DNA of 60,000 bases from Malacoraja senta (lineage: Eukaryota). The notes under the pieces were generated by a model. That model saw only the letters and a list, made by a program, of their open reading frames with translations, had not been told where the DNA came from and made no database searches. The stretch lies in assembly GCA_038087875.1 (NCBI GenBank), contig CM075989.1, positions 12,898,001-12,958,000 on the forward strand. The letters run 5' to 3'. The position numbers and the translations under genes are program-made. This document shows positions 36,101 to 48,100 of this stretch, in pieces; positions within the stretch are counted from its first letter, which is position 1; each line of letters opens with the position of its first letter.

Positions 36101-39100
36101 AGTCAACCTACCCTTAATAACTGATTCCAGCATCTTCCCTACTCTTGACATTGGGCAGGTCCAGGTTGGGCATGCAAGAAGCAGCAAGTGAACCACAATA
36201 TTGCTTTCCATCCACCCTGTACTTCCCCTTTGCCTGGCTTGTCTATTTGCAAACTGTTTCCACCCCCATTATCGGTGAAGACATATCTGGTTCCGGAACA
36301 CAATGTTCTATCTTGGAAGGGTGGTAGGAAGTTCTGATGTCGCAATGCTGCTTTACTGGTTTGGCACACACAATCATGCCAAGGCATGGTTTTGCAAAAT
36401 GCAAATGTATTCAAATCCATAGTCCTTCTGCTGCATTCGAACAGTGAAATATCAAATGTCTTAACTCTCATTTCATCACCTTTCAGCACACCTTTCACAT
36501 TCTGAACTGTTCTTTCCGTCAGACCATTTGAGTAATTCACAGAGCTGGGCATATCTGGTTCACTCAAGAGGACCAAACTCTGCCCAAGCAGTTTACCTTC
36601 TCCATAGCAAGCAGTTCTGGATGATCGTGTGTAGCTAAGTTCATTCTCAGCTTTTGGATTTTTGTTTGAGATGCTTTGGCATGATTGTGTGTGCCAAACC
36701 AGTATTCCCAGGAAGTGCCTCCATCCACATTTACTGACTGCAATCAGGGTCATTTCCCCAAAGCTCCCATGTAACCTCAACAAAAGTTTGTTCTGTCAGG
36801 GCCAGAGACCGTGATGCGCTCAAGATTAGTGACATTCTTTGTTGTGTCTTCCAAGTGGCTGGGGTCTATCCTTGGCACTGCCTTCTGGCAGCTTGCTTAT
36901 CATGCAATACACCTGGTATCTTTCAGAATAACTACTCTCCCTTCCAGTGGAACAACAACGCTAGATCCCCAGAGAAGCACCTTCAGGTATTCAACTCATA
37001 CCCTTCTTGTAGTAATCTTGCAACATGTTAACATTTTCTGATCTATGCTGGATGTGGTTGTACACCTACAAGAGGATCACGTGACAAGAAGCAATCTGTT
37101 GGGTTGTGATAGAGGTACTGTCCATGATCTCCAGTAAGGAACACACTCACTGGCAACTGGTGCATCATGGAGCAGTCAGCTTTTCATAGCACATCCACAC
37201 TCTGACTGCACTCTCTGCTCTGCTATCTTAGAATGCAACATTCAGTATATGGCCAAGATCATCCTAGGTAGTCCACTATATTAACCAAAAATATAGATGT
37301 TTGTGGTCAGTATCCCACAGTACAGGCCACGTGGAATGATGCCTTGACAGCTGTTTTCTTGAGCTAGTTGTGGATATCATTGCTGTACTTTGGGGAAATT
37401 CCTTGATGAAGTGCTAGTTGGTCACCCATCCAACTTCCAGGTTAGGTGACATAACACGCAAGGCAAGCCCTCTCTGAATTGCAGTCAGGGTGTTGTTGGA
37501 TTCTGCACTGGAATGATCTTGTGTAAAGTCAGCAGCGCCTGCTTGAGCCAGCTCCTTCGTCCAACTCCACATTGTCTTGTAATTCAACTCATGTAGAAGT
37601 TTTAATACAGCCTTTATCAATACAGGAAGTGGCCACAGTAATTGAAGAGTGCTAAATAGACCTTGAACAAGTTGCTCAGATTAAATGTGACAGACACTTG
37701 CAGCCTTCGCCTCAATCTGCTGATCCTGCTCCATCTATTTTATGGACATTAGGCTATTTCTGAGGGAGCTAAGGATTCAATTATGTTTTTGCTTAGGGAT
37801 CATGGAACTCCCCCTCTGGATTCTCTTTCTGCTCCTGCTCCCCAGAGTCCAAGGTAAGAACTACTCAGCCCCCAACACATGACAAGACCTTGTCCTCTGG
37901 AATGAAAGTCTGCTGTGTGGGTGCATCCAAGAAGAGTATTTATCATTCAGTGTGTAAGAAGGAACTGCAGATGTTTACACTGAAGATAGACGCAAAATGC
38001 TGGAGTAACTCTGCGGATCAGACAGCAGCTCTGGAGAAAAATAAATAGCTGATGTTTCAGGTCAAGACCCTTCATCAGATTCAGACCGATGATCATCAGT
38101 TAATCTGTCTGACGAAGGGTCTGGACCCGAAACGTCACCCATTCCTTTTCTCCAAAGATGCCTGACCTTATGAGTTACTCCAGCATTTTGTTTTTTATCA
38201 TTCAGTGTTCCTTTGAAGACATGGCTAGACCAGCTTGCTGAGAAGTATCTAAAATCCTCCTCTTAACTGTCTACAAGTTCTCAGCAGAAAGGGGCAGCAG
38301 CCTTTCTCTGGCGATCATGGTGTTAATGATGCATGCCGTCTTAATGATTGGGACAATTGAACCAGCCTGAGGAAGAAACTCAACTGATTCACTGATACAC
38401 ATTGCCCATCCTCTGGTCAGCTCTTCCCCAGGGGGTGGGGGTTGGGCGGGGGGGGGGGTTGGGGGGGGGGGGAGTTACTGTCAGCAGAAGGAACCAGTGA
38501 GGGAAGGGATAGGAAAGGTGAACCAAAGGGACAAAACCCTAGGTGGATAGTAAGGTCTTGGTAACGCGAAATTGCAATATTCAATGCTCACGCAATTGGT
38601 CTGTCGGCTAGCCAAGCGGAATATTTCTTTCTGTGTTCTTCTAGTTTGTGTACAAACTGAAGGTGCCCTAACCGGCGTTTCCCGCTTCCACCGCTAGTTC
38701 GGGTACAACGCCTGCCGCAAATCTGCTCCAACTTGAGTGATCAAACGAAACTCTTTACATTAATTACACCGGCTGAATTAACTATAACGTGATTTCGATC
38801 GGGAACTCGGGAATCACAAACATTTCTTTGGAAATTGACGAACAGAAAAAGGAAAGATGCCTTGGGGAAAATAGCTGTCTCTGGAAAATGAACTGTTTCC
38901 AACAACCCCCCCCCCCCCCCCCCTCCGTAATAAGTACTTGTCTTGCGGTGCAGGCTCGAAGGGCCGAATGGCCTACTCCTGCACCTATTTTCTATGTTTC
39001 TATATTTTCTAAGAACCGCCGGTCTGTCACCGCGGGTGGTCAAGGAAATTGACCAGAATCCGTCTATTGACACTTGCGCAATAATACTCTATGAAACAAA

Positions 39101-42100
39101 GTAACACGCATCCTCTTGTAACAAAAAAAAACGAATACTGTAACCATTAAAAATACCTTTATATGTGAAATACCTGCGGGAGCACTAACTTTGTCTCAGC
39201 CCTCAATCCTCCTATCCCATTGACATAACTGTTTTTTGTTACTGGATTTTTCTTTCACGCGGTTTCTTAGGAATGCAACTATCGCGTTACGGCAGAATTA
39301 CTTGTACCTCTTCCCCAAGATCCACAAACATTACTGTCCAGGTGGACCCATTGTTTCTGTCTGGTGTTGCCCCATCCAACTTCCCTCTTCATTCTATTCT
39401 TTTTTTATGAATAGGTTTATTGGCCAAGTATTCACATACAAAGAATTTGCCTTGATGCTATGCCCGCAAGTGACAAGACATACTGTGACAGTTAGGAATG
39501 ACACATAAACCATTAAACATTAATACTAAAACATTATTGATTAAACATGTGAATTAAATAAGATACCAGAGCAAAAAAGAGGCTACAGATTTTTGATTAT
39601 TGAGTAGAGCTACGTGGGGAAAAAAGCTGTTTTTATGTCTGGCTGTGGCAGCTTTGACAGTCCGGAGTCGCCTTCCAGAGGGAAGTGATTCAAAGAGTTT
39701 GTGGCCAGGGTGAGAGGGGTCAGAGATGGTCTTGCCCGCTCGCTTCCTGGCCCTTGCAGTGTACAGTTTGTCAATGGACGGAAGGTTGCAACCAATAACC
39801 TTCTCTACTGATCGCACGATTCGCTGCAGCCTCCAGGTGTCGTGCTTGGTGGCTGAGCCAAACCAGACCATGATGGAGAAGGTGAGGACAGACTCTACGA
39901 TGGCCGTATAGAATTGGACCATCATTGCCTGTGGCAGATTGTGCTTCCTCAGGAAGTACATCCTCTGTTGTGCCTTCTTGACCGTGGAGTTGATGGTGGC
40001 CCCCCATTTAAGGTCCTTGGAGATGATGGTTCCCAGGAACTTAAAAGACTCCACAGATGATGTGGCTGTGGCGTTGTTGAGGGTGAGTGGGGGGAGCTCT
40101 CCTAAAGTCTACAATCAAATCTTAAGAGCATTGAGCTCCATGAGCATCTTCCAACTGCAGGTATCCCACTTCCCATTTACTTTCCTAATTCATCCAGGGT
40201 CGTTTTCCTTCTGTTCTTCTTTCCAACCCCCTCCCCCACTTCACTACCAAGTCATCACCCTCCCCCACCGGGTTCCATCTGCCCATCAACCACATATCTA
40301 TCTGCATGGGCTCCTCCCTTATTTCACTGTTGCTATCACCTTCCCCAGCCTCGATCTCTACCCCCCCCCCCTCTCATCTTGATGCAGTTCTAATCACCTA
40401 ATCCATCTCCCTTTATCTGGTTTCACCTATCACCTACCAACTCACCTCACTCCTCCCTCTCACTTCCATCCACTGGCCACCTCCCTCTCCACTCCCAGTC
40501 ATGATGCAGGGACTCGACCAAAATGTCAACCATCCCTCAGCCTCCACAGATGCTACCTGACCCACTGAATTCCTCCAGCTGTTGTTTTTTTTTTTTGTCA
40601 TCTGAAAAGGGAGATTTGCTTCACTTTTAAGACTTCTCACTTGATCTTCAAACACTCCCAGTACCTGTTCCCTTGTCTGCTGTTGGTGTGAGGAAGCTGG
40701 TTCACTCAGAGCTTGATTGTTCCATTCCATCCACAACATTTGAAGTCCCAGCCATAAATTACTGCCCGTCTCTTTCATCATGTACTGATGTTCCAAAACG
40801 TTCACTCCTGTATCCAAATCAGACACCACCCTGACTTGGAAATTTATCAACATTCCTTTACCTTTCCCGGGTCCAAAATCTGGAACTCCCACCCAGCAAA
40901 ATTGTGTGAGTGTATTGTACTAGATGCACTGCAGTAGTTCTAGAAAATGGTTCACTGCCATGTACCCAAGTACAACTGTGGTGGACATTAGACACTACCT
41001 CCCTCTTACAATCTTTGTCTACCACACAAAGTCTGCAGAGTCACTGAAGCTGAAACATCTCCACAAAGGCTTGCCATGTTTTGCTTGCCAAGTTGTGCTT
41101 CCAGTTTTCCAGGGTGACATCTGTTCATGTTCTATTTATTGGCTTGTTTCCAATAAACTATTCTTATCTTGAATTGCCTTAATTCTTTATTGCAGTATTC
41201 TACATCTTATGACGTATCTCACAGATAGAGTCAGATAGCACAGAAACAGGCACTTCGGCCTTCTTTGTCCATGCTGACCAAGATGCCCCATCTACACTAG
41301 TCCCACCTGTCTGCATTTGGTCCATATCCCTCTAAACCTTTTCTATCCATGTACCTAACCAAATGTTTTTAAAATATTGTTATAGTATCTGCCTCAACTA
41401 CCTCCTCTGGCACCTCATTCCATATACCCAGCGCCCTATGTGAAACAGTTGCCAATCAGGTTTCTATTAAATCTTGGCCATCTCACCTTAAACCTACATC
41501 CTATCGTTCTTGATTCTCCTACTCAGTGCATTCTCTCTATCTATTCCCCCCCCCCCCCCCAATTATTTTACACCTCTATAAAAGATCACTCCTCAACCTC
41601 CTGCACACCAAGGGATAAAGTTCTAACTTGCCCAACCTCTCGCTAAAGACCTGGCAACATCCTCATAAATCTTCTTCACACTCTTTCCAGCTTAATGATA
41701 TCCTTCCTGTAGCAGGGTGACCAAAGCTGAACACCATACTCCAAATACAGCCTCACCAACATTGGTTTATTTCACAGTCCAAGTTCACAAATGCCAACTT
41801 CCTTGTCTGGCCAAACATGTACTGATGAAGGAGACTTTCCCGAATACCCTTGAGGGTGTATATAAATAGATAACTAACGTCTTTGATCATCATCTTAGTC
41901 ATTTCAACTAGTTTATCCAGTTCTTAATCTGTCCTCTAGATTGGTTTGGACTGAATTGCATTGAGCATTCCTCCCTATATGTTCATGGAAATGTGGTGGT
42001 GTACCACATCAGTGCTTGTGTGAAGGTACTCCCACTGTGCTTTTGTGCATGTTCTGAGAGAACTTACTGTCTCGGTCTGCGTGGGCCAAGAGATTATATA

Positions 42101-45100
42101 CTTTCCACCTTCCAGTGCCTCTCCCATCACCTTCCCCCTCACACCATCTTCCCAACTTCTGTCCCACACTTGCCCTCTCTTCCCAACTCCCCACACCGCT
42201 GCACTGAGACTTGGCAAGCCAAAAGCTGGGACTACAAGCCATGTCTTACATTTATACATTAATGTAACTAAAAACAAATTTCTCACCAGAAAACTCTCAC
42301 CAAGAATATTTAGAGAACCAAAACTAACATATTATTTTTTTTACTGCTAGTTTCCTATAACTGTGGGTTAACTGTTGTTGCCATTTCCAAATTACATCAT
42401 TTAAAATATATTATGTTTTTCTTCCTGTAATGGTAGATAAATTGCAACTCTACACACAAAAAGTTTGAGGTCATCCAAAACAGTCCTTGTCTTAACTTGC
42501 ACCACTTGCACTGAAACCCAGTTCATCAATATTCCAATATCAAAATTCCCACCCTAGCCTTTTACATTTTACTTCTTGCTATTCCCATAATCTTCACCAA
42601 ACCTATTGCCCCAATGATCATGCTGCTCCCCCCTATGATCACTTGCACGTCCCTAAATTTAACTCAACAAAAAACAGCATTGTTTCAAAATGTCTTTCTG
42701 ATTCTTTCTTAATCAGATCATCTTTCCATTGTCACACGGTATCACACTTTGTCTGTTTCTGTGAAATTCCTTTGGATAATCTGGTGTAACACATGCTTTA
42801 TGAAAGCAGGTGGTGTTGTCATTGTGATGTGCTTCATAGTGCATTATGTCCTGGGATGTCAGGACTTTCATATGAAGAAAGACTGGATAGACTTGGCTTA
42901 TACTCGCTAGAATTTAGGAGATTGAGAGGGGATGTTATAGAAACGTACAAAATTCTTATGGGGTTGGACAGGCTAGATGCAGGAAGATTGTTCCCGATGT
43001 TGGGGAAGTCAAGGACAAGGGATCACAGCTTAAGGATAAGGGGGAAATCCTTTAAGACTGAGATGAGGAAAAACTTTTTCACACAGAGAGTGGTGAATCT
43101 CTGGAACTCTCTGCCCCAGAGGGTAGTTGAGGCCAGTTCATTGGCTATATTTAAGAGGGAGTTAGATGCGGCCCTTGTGGCTAAGGGGATCAGGGGGTAT
43201 GGAGAGAAGGCAGGTACGGGATACTGAGTTGGATGATCAGCCATGATCATATTGAATGGCGGTGCAGGCTCGAAGGGCCGAATGGCCTACTCCTGCATCT
43301 ATTTTCTATGTATCTATGTATCTATGTCCAGAATTAAATGTCAAATTTCATTGTTGTTGTACAAATTGGGCTTATAATTCAGTGGAATGCAAATGCAAAC
43401 CTAAATGCGTAATCCAAATACCATGACGACAGTCAGTTTGACGAAACAATGATCTCTCACCATCAGGCTCCCCACTGATACTCATCGAATGTCTTAAATT
43501 CCCAGTTTTTGCACAATATACAGGAATTATATATGTCTCAGTGAGTTCAGGCAGGTAAAAACTGTTCCAATTAATCTGCCATGACGATGTGTTGCCTATT
43601 CTTTGTCAACCTTACTGGCATTGAAAACTACCTAATCCAACATACCACTCACAGTTACACCCATAGTTGCGGCATAAGATTTGTTTATCTCAATGTAATT
43701 AGTTTGATCTCAAAGTAATTTTGCTCCTCACTCACTACGGATTATGTACCCAAGAGAAACTTTTTAGGAAAGTGCTAACTTGTCACTTTTAGGACTTACA
43801 ATTCAAGTGTAATGTAGATAGAAAAACAAGTGATGTCTCAGATTGATTGTTGGTGGTGAATGTGGAGTAAAAAATATGACATTTATGTCTAATCAGCAGA
43901 TTAATTAAACAATTAATGAACATAACAGCTCACTTTGCTTAGTTTAGATCAGCACGGAAACAGGCCATTCGGCCCACTGAAGCGATTCCTGCACATTAAC
44001 ACTATCCTACACCCACTTGGGACAATTTTTAAATTTACCAGGCCAATTAACCTACAAACCTGTAGGTTTTTGGAATGTGGGAGTAAAACCTAAGATCTCG
44101 GAGAAAAGCCCACGCAGGTCACAAAGGGAACGTACAAACTCCGTCCAGACAGCACCCGTAATTTGGACCGAACCCGGGTCTCCGGCGCTACATTCGCTGT
44201 AAGGCAGCAACTCTACCGCTGCGCCACCGTGACTGCTCCTGGGTGTTTATGCTATTCATTGAGACTATACTGTCCTATGACCAAGCTCTATCCACCCCAC
44301 AACCCAAACCCCAACACACCCACCCTAACCCCATAACCTTAACTCTCACCCCACCCATTAACTATTGACGTGGCACAAGAACAACAGGAGCAGAAGGCAT
44401 TTCAATAAGATCCTGGCTAATCCAGTCTCAGCCACAGCACCACCATGCACACTCTCCCCAGTACCATCACCGGTACTGATCTCCCCACCGTAAAAGGGAT
44501 CCATAGGAGGCACTGCCTCACAAAGGCAGCCTGCTTCATCAAAGATCCACCCTGGCCATGCTCTCATTTCACTCCAACCATTGGGAAGAATGTATAGCAG
44601 TCTGAAAGCTGTGACCACCAGTTTCAAGAATAGCATCTTCCCAACAACCATCAAGCACTTGATCACTACACAACACTAACCTGGACTATGGACTGATTGT
44701 CTTTAGTTGCACTAAAAACTTTAGGCTTTTTGTATTGGGGTTATTCAAATATGGATTTTTTTTGGTGAATTATATATTATTTATGTGTATTGTGTTTACA
44801 TGCCTGTTATGCTGCTGCAAGTAACATTTTATTGTTCCAAAGTCCGTACATGTAACAATTAAACACTTCACTCTTGCTATATTTAAGAGTGAGTTAGATG
44901 TGGCTGCATTAGTAATAATCTTTCAAAACTCTTTAGATTCTGGAGTAGTTCCTGAGGATTGGCGGGTAGCAAACGTAACCCCACTTTTTAAGAAGGGAGG
45001 GAGAGAGAAAACGGGGAATTACTGGCCAGTTAGTCTAACATCGGTAGTGGGGAAACTGCTAGAGTCAGTTATTAAAGATGGGATAGCAGCACATTTGGAA

Positions 45101-48100
45101 AGTGGTGAAATCATTGGACAAAGTCAGCATGGATTTACAAAAGGTAAATCATGTCTGACGAATCTTATAGAATTTTTCGAGGATGTAACTAGTAGCGTGG
45201 ATAGGGGAGAACCAGTGGATGTGGTGTATCTGGACTTCCAGAAGGCTTTCGACAAGGTCCCACATAAGAGATTAGTATACAAACATAAAGCACATGGCAT
45301 TGGGGGTTCAGTATTGATGTGGATAGAGAACTGGCTGGCAAACAGGAAGCAAAGAGTAGGAGTAAACGGGTCCTTTTCACAATGGCAGGCAGTGACTAGT
45401 GGGGTACCGCAAGGCTCAGTGCTGGGACCCCAGCTATTTACAATATATATTAATGATCTGGATGAGGGAATTGAAGGCAATATCTCCAAGTTTGCGGATG
45501 ACACTAAGCTGGGGGGGCAGTGTTAGCTGTGAGGAGGATGCTAGGAGACTGCAAGGTGACTTGGATAGGCTGGGTGAGTGAGCAAATGTTTGGCAGATGC
45601 AGTATAATGTGGATAAATGTGAGGTTATCCATTTTGGTGGCAAAAACAGGAAAGCAGACTATTATCTAAATGGTGGCCGACTAGGAAAAAGGGAGATGCA
45701 GCGAGACTTGGGTGTCATGGTACACCAGTCATTGAAAGTAGGCATGCAGGTGCAGCAGGCAGTGAAGAAAGCGAATGGTATGTTAGCTTTCATAGCAAAA
45801 GGATTTGAGTATAGGAGCAGGGAGGTTCTACTGCAGTTGTACAGGGTCTTGGTGAGACCACACCTGGAGTATTGCGTACAGTTTTGGTCTCCAAATCTGA
45901 GGAAGGACATTATTGCCATAGAGGGAGTGCAGGGAAGGTTCACCAGACTGATTCCTGGGATGTCAGGACTGTCTTATGAAGAAAGACTGGATAGACTTGG
46001 TTTATACTCTCTAGAATTTAGGAGATTGAGAGGGGATCTTATAGAAACTTACAAAATTCTTAAGGGGTTGGACAGGCTAGATGCAGGAAGATTCCTCCCG
46101 ATGTTGGGGAAGTCCAGGACAAGGTCACAGCTTAAGGATAAGGGGGAAATCCTTTAAAACCGAGATGAGAAGAACTTTTTTCACACAGAGAGTGGTGAAT
46201 GTCTGGAACTCTCTGCCACAGAGGGTAGTCGAGGCCAGTTCATTGGCTATATTTAAGAGGGAGTTAGATGTGGCCCTTGTGGCTAAAGGGATCAGAGGGT
46301 ATGGAGAGAAGGCAGGTACGGGATACTGAGTTGGATGATCAGCCATGATCATATTGAATGGTTGTGCAGGCTCGAAGGGCCGAATGGCCTACTCCTGCAC
46401 CTATTTTCTATGTATCTATGTATCTATGTCCAGAATTAAATGTCAAATTTCATTGTTGTTGTACAAATTGGGCTTATAATTCAGTGGAATGCAAATGCAA
46501 ACCTAAATGCGTAATCCAAATACCATGACGACAGTCAGTTTGACGAAACAATGATCTCTCACCATCAGGCTCCCCACTGATACTCATCGAATGTCTTAAA
46601 TTCCCAGTATTTGCACAATATACAGGAATTATATATGTCTCAGTGAGTTCAGGCAGGTAAAAACTGTTCCAATTAATCTGCCATGACGATGTGTTGCCTA
46701 CTCTTTGTCAACCTTACTGGCATTGAAAACTACCTAATCCAACATACCACTCACAGTTACACCCATAGTTGCGGCATAAGATTTGTCTATCTCAATGTAA
46801 TTAGTTTGATCTCAAAGTAATTTTGCTCCTCACTCACTACGGATTATGTACCCAAGAGAAACTTTTTAGAAAAGTGCTAACTTGTCACTTTTAGGACTTA
46901 CAATTCAAGTGTAATGTAGATAGAAAAACAAGTGATGTCTCAGATTGATTGTTGGTGGTGAATGTGGAGTAAAAAATATGACATTTATATCTAATCAGCA
47001 GATTAATTAAACAATTAATGAACATAACAGCTCACTTTGCTTAGTTTAGATCAGCACGGAAACAGGCCATTCGGCCCACTGAAGCGATTCCTGCACATTA
47101 ACACTATCCTACACCCACTAGGGACAATTTTTACATTTACCAGGCCAATTAACCTACAAACCTGTAGGTTTTTGGAATGTGGGAGTAAAACCTAAAATCT
47201 CGGAGAAAAGCCCACGCAGGTCACAAAGGGAACGTACAAACTCCGTCCAGACAGCACCCGTAATTTGGACCGAACCCGGGTCTCCGGCGCTGCATTCGCT
47301 GTAAGGCAGCAACTCTACCGCTGCGCCACCGTGACTGCTCCTGGGTGTTTATGCTATTCATTGAGACTATACTGTCCTATGACCAAGCTCTATTCACCCC
47401 ACAACCCAAACCCCAACACACCCACCCTAACCCCATAACCTTAACTCTCACCCCACCCATTAACTATTGACGTGGCACAAGAACAACAGGAGCAGAAGAA
47501 GCATTTCAATAAGATCCTGGCTAATCCAGTCTCGGCCACAGCACCACCATGCACACTCTCCCCAGTACCATCACCGGTACTGATCTCCCCACTGTAAAAG
47601 GGATCCATAGGAGGCACTGCCTCACAAAGGCAGCCTGCTTCATCAAAGATCCACCCTGGCCATGCTCTCATTTCACTCCAACCATTGGGAAGAATGTATA
47701 GCAGTCTGAAAGCTGTGACCACCAGTTTCAAGAATAGCATCTTCCCAACAACCATCAAGCTCTTGATCACTACACAACACTAACCTGGACTATGGACTGA
47801 TTGTCTTTAGTTGCACTAAAAACTTTAGGCTTTTTGTATTGGGGTTATTCAAATATGGATTTTTTTGGTGAATTACATATTATTTATGTGTATTGTGTTT
47901 ACATGCCTGTTATGCTGCTGCAAGTAACATTTTATTGTTCCAAAGTCCGTACATGTAACAATTAAACACTTCACTCTTGCTATATTTAAGAGGGAGTTAG
48001 ATGTGGCCCTTGTGGCTAAAGGGATCAGGGGGTATGGAGAGAAAGCAGGTACAGGATACGGAGTTGGATGATCAGCCATGATCATATTGAATGGCGGTGC

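Noticed and set aside
38779..38790. TAACTATAACG resembling the LSU rRNA/I-CeuI site
   Set aside because: Only 11 nt match and no surrounding rRNA similarity.
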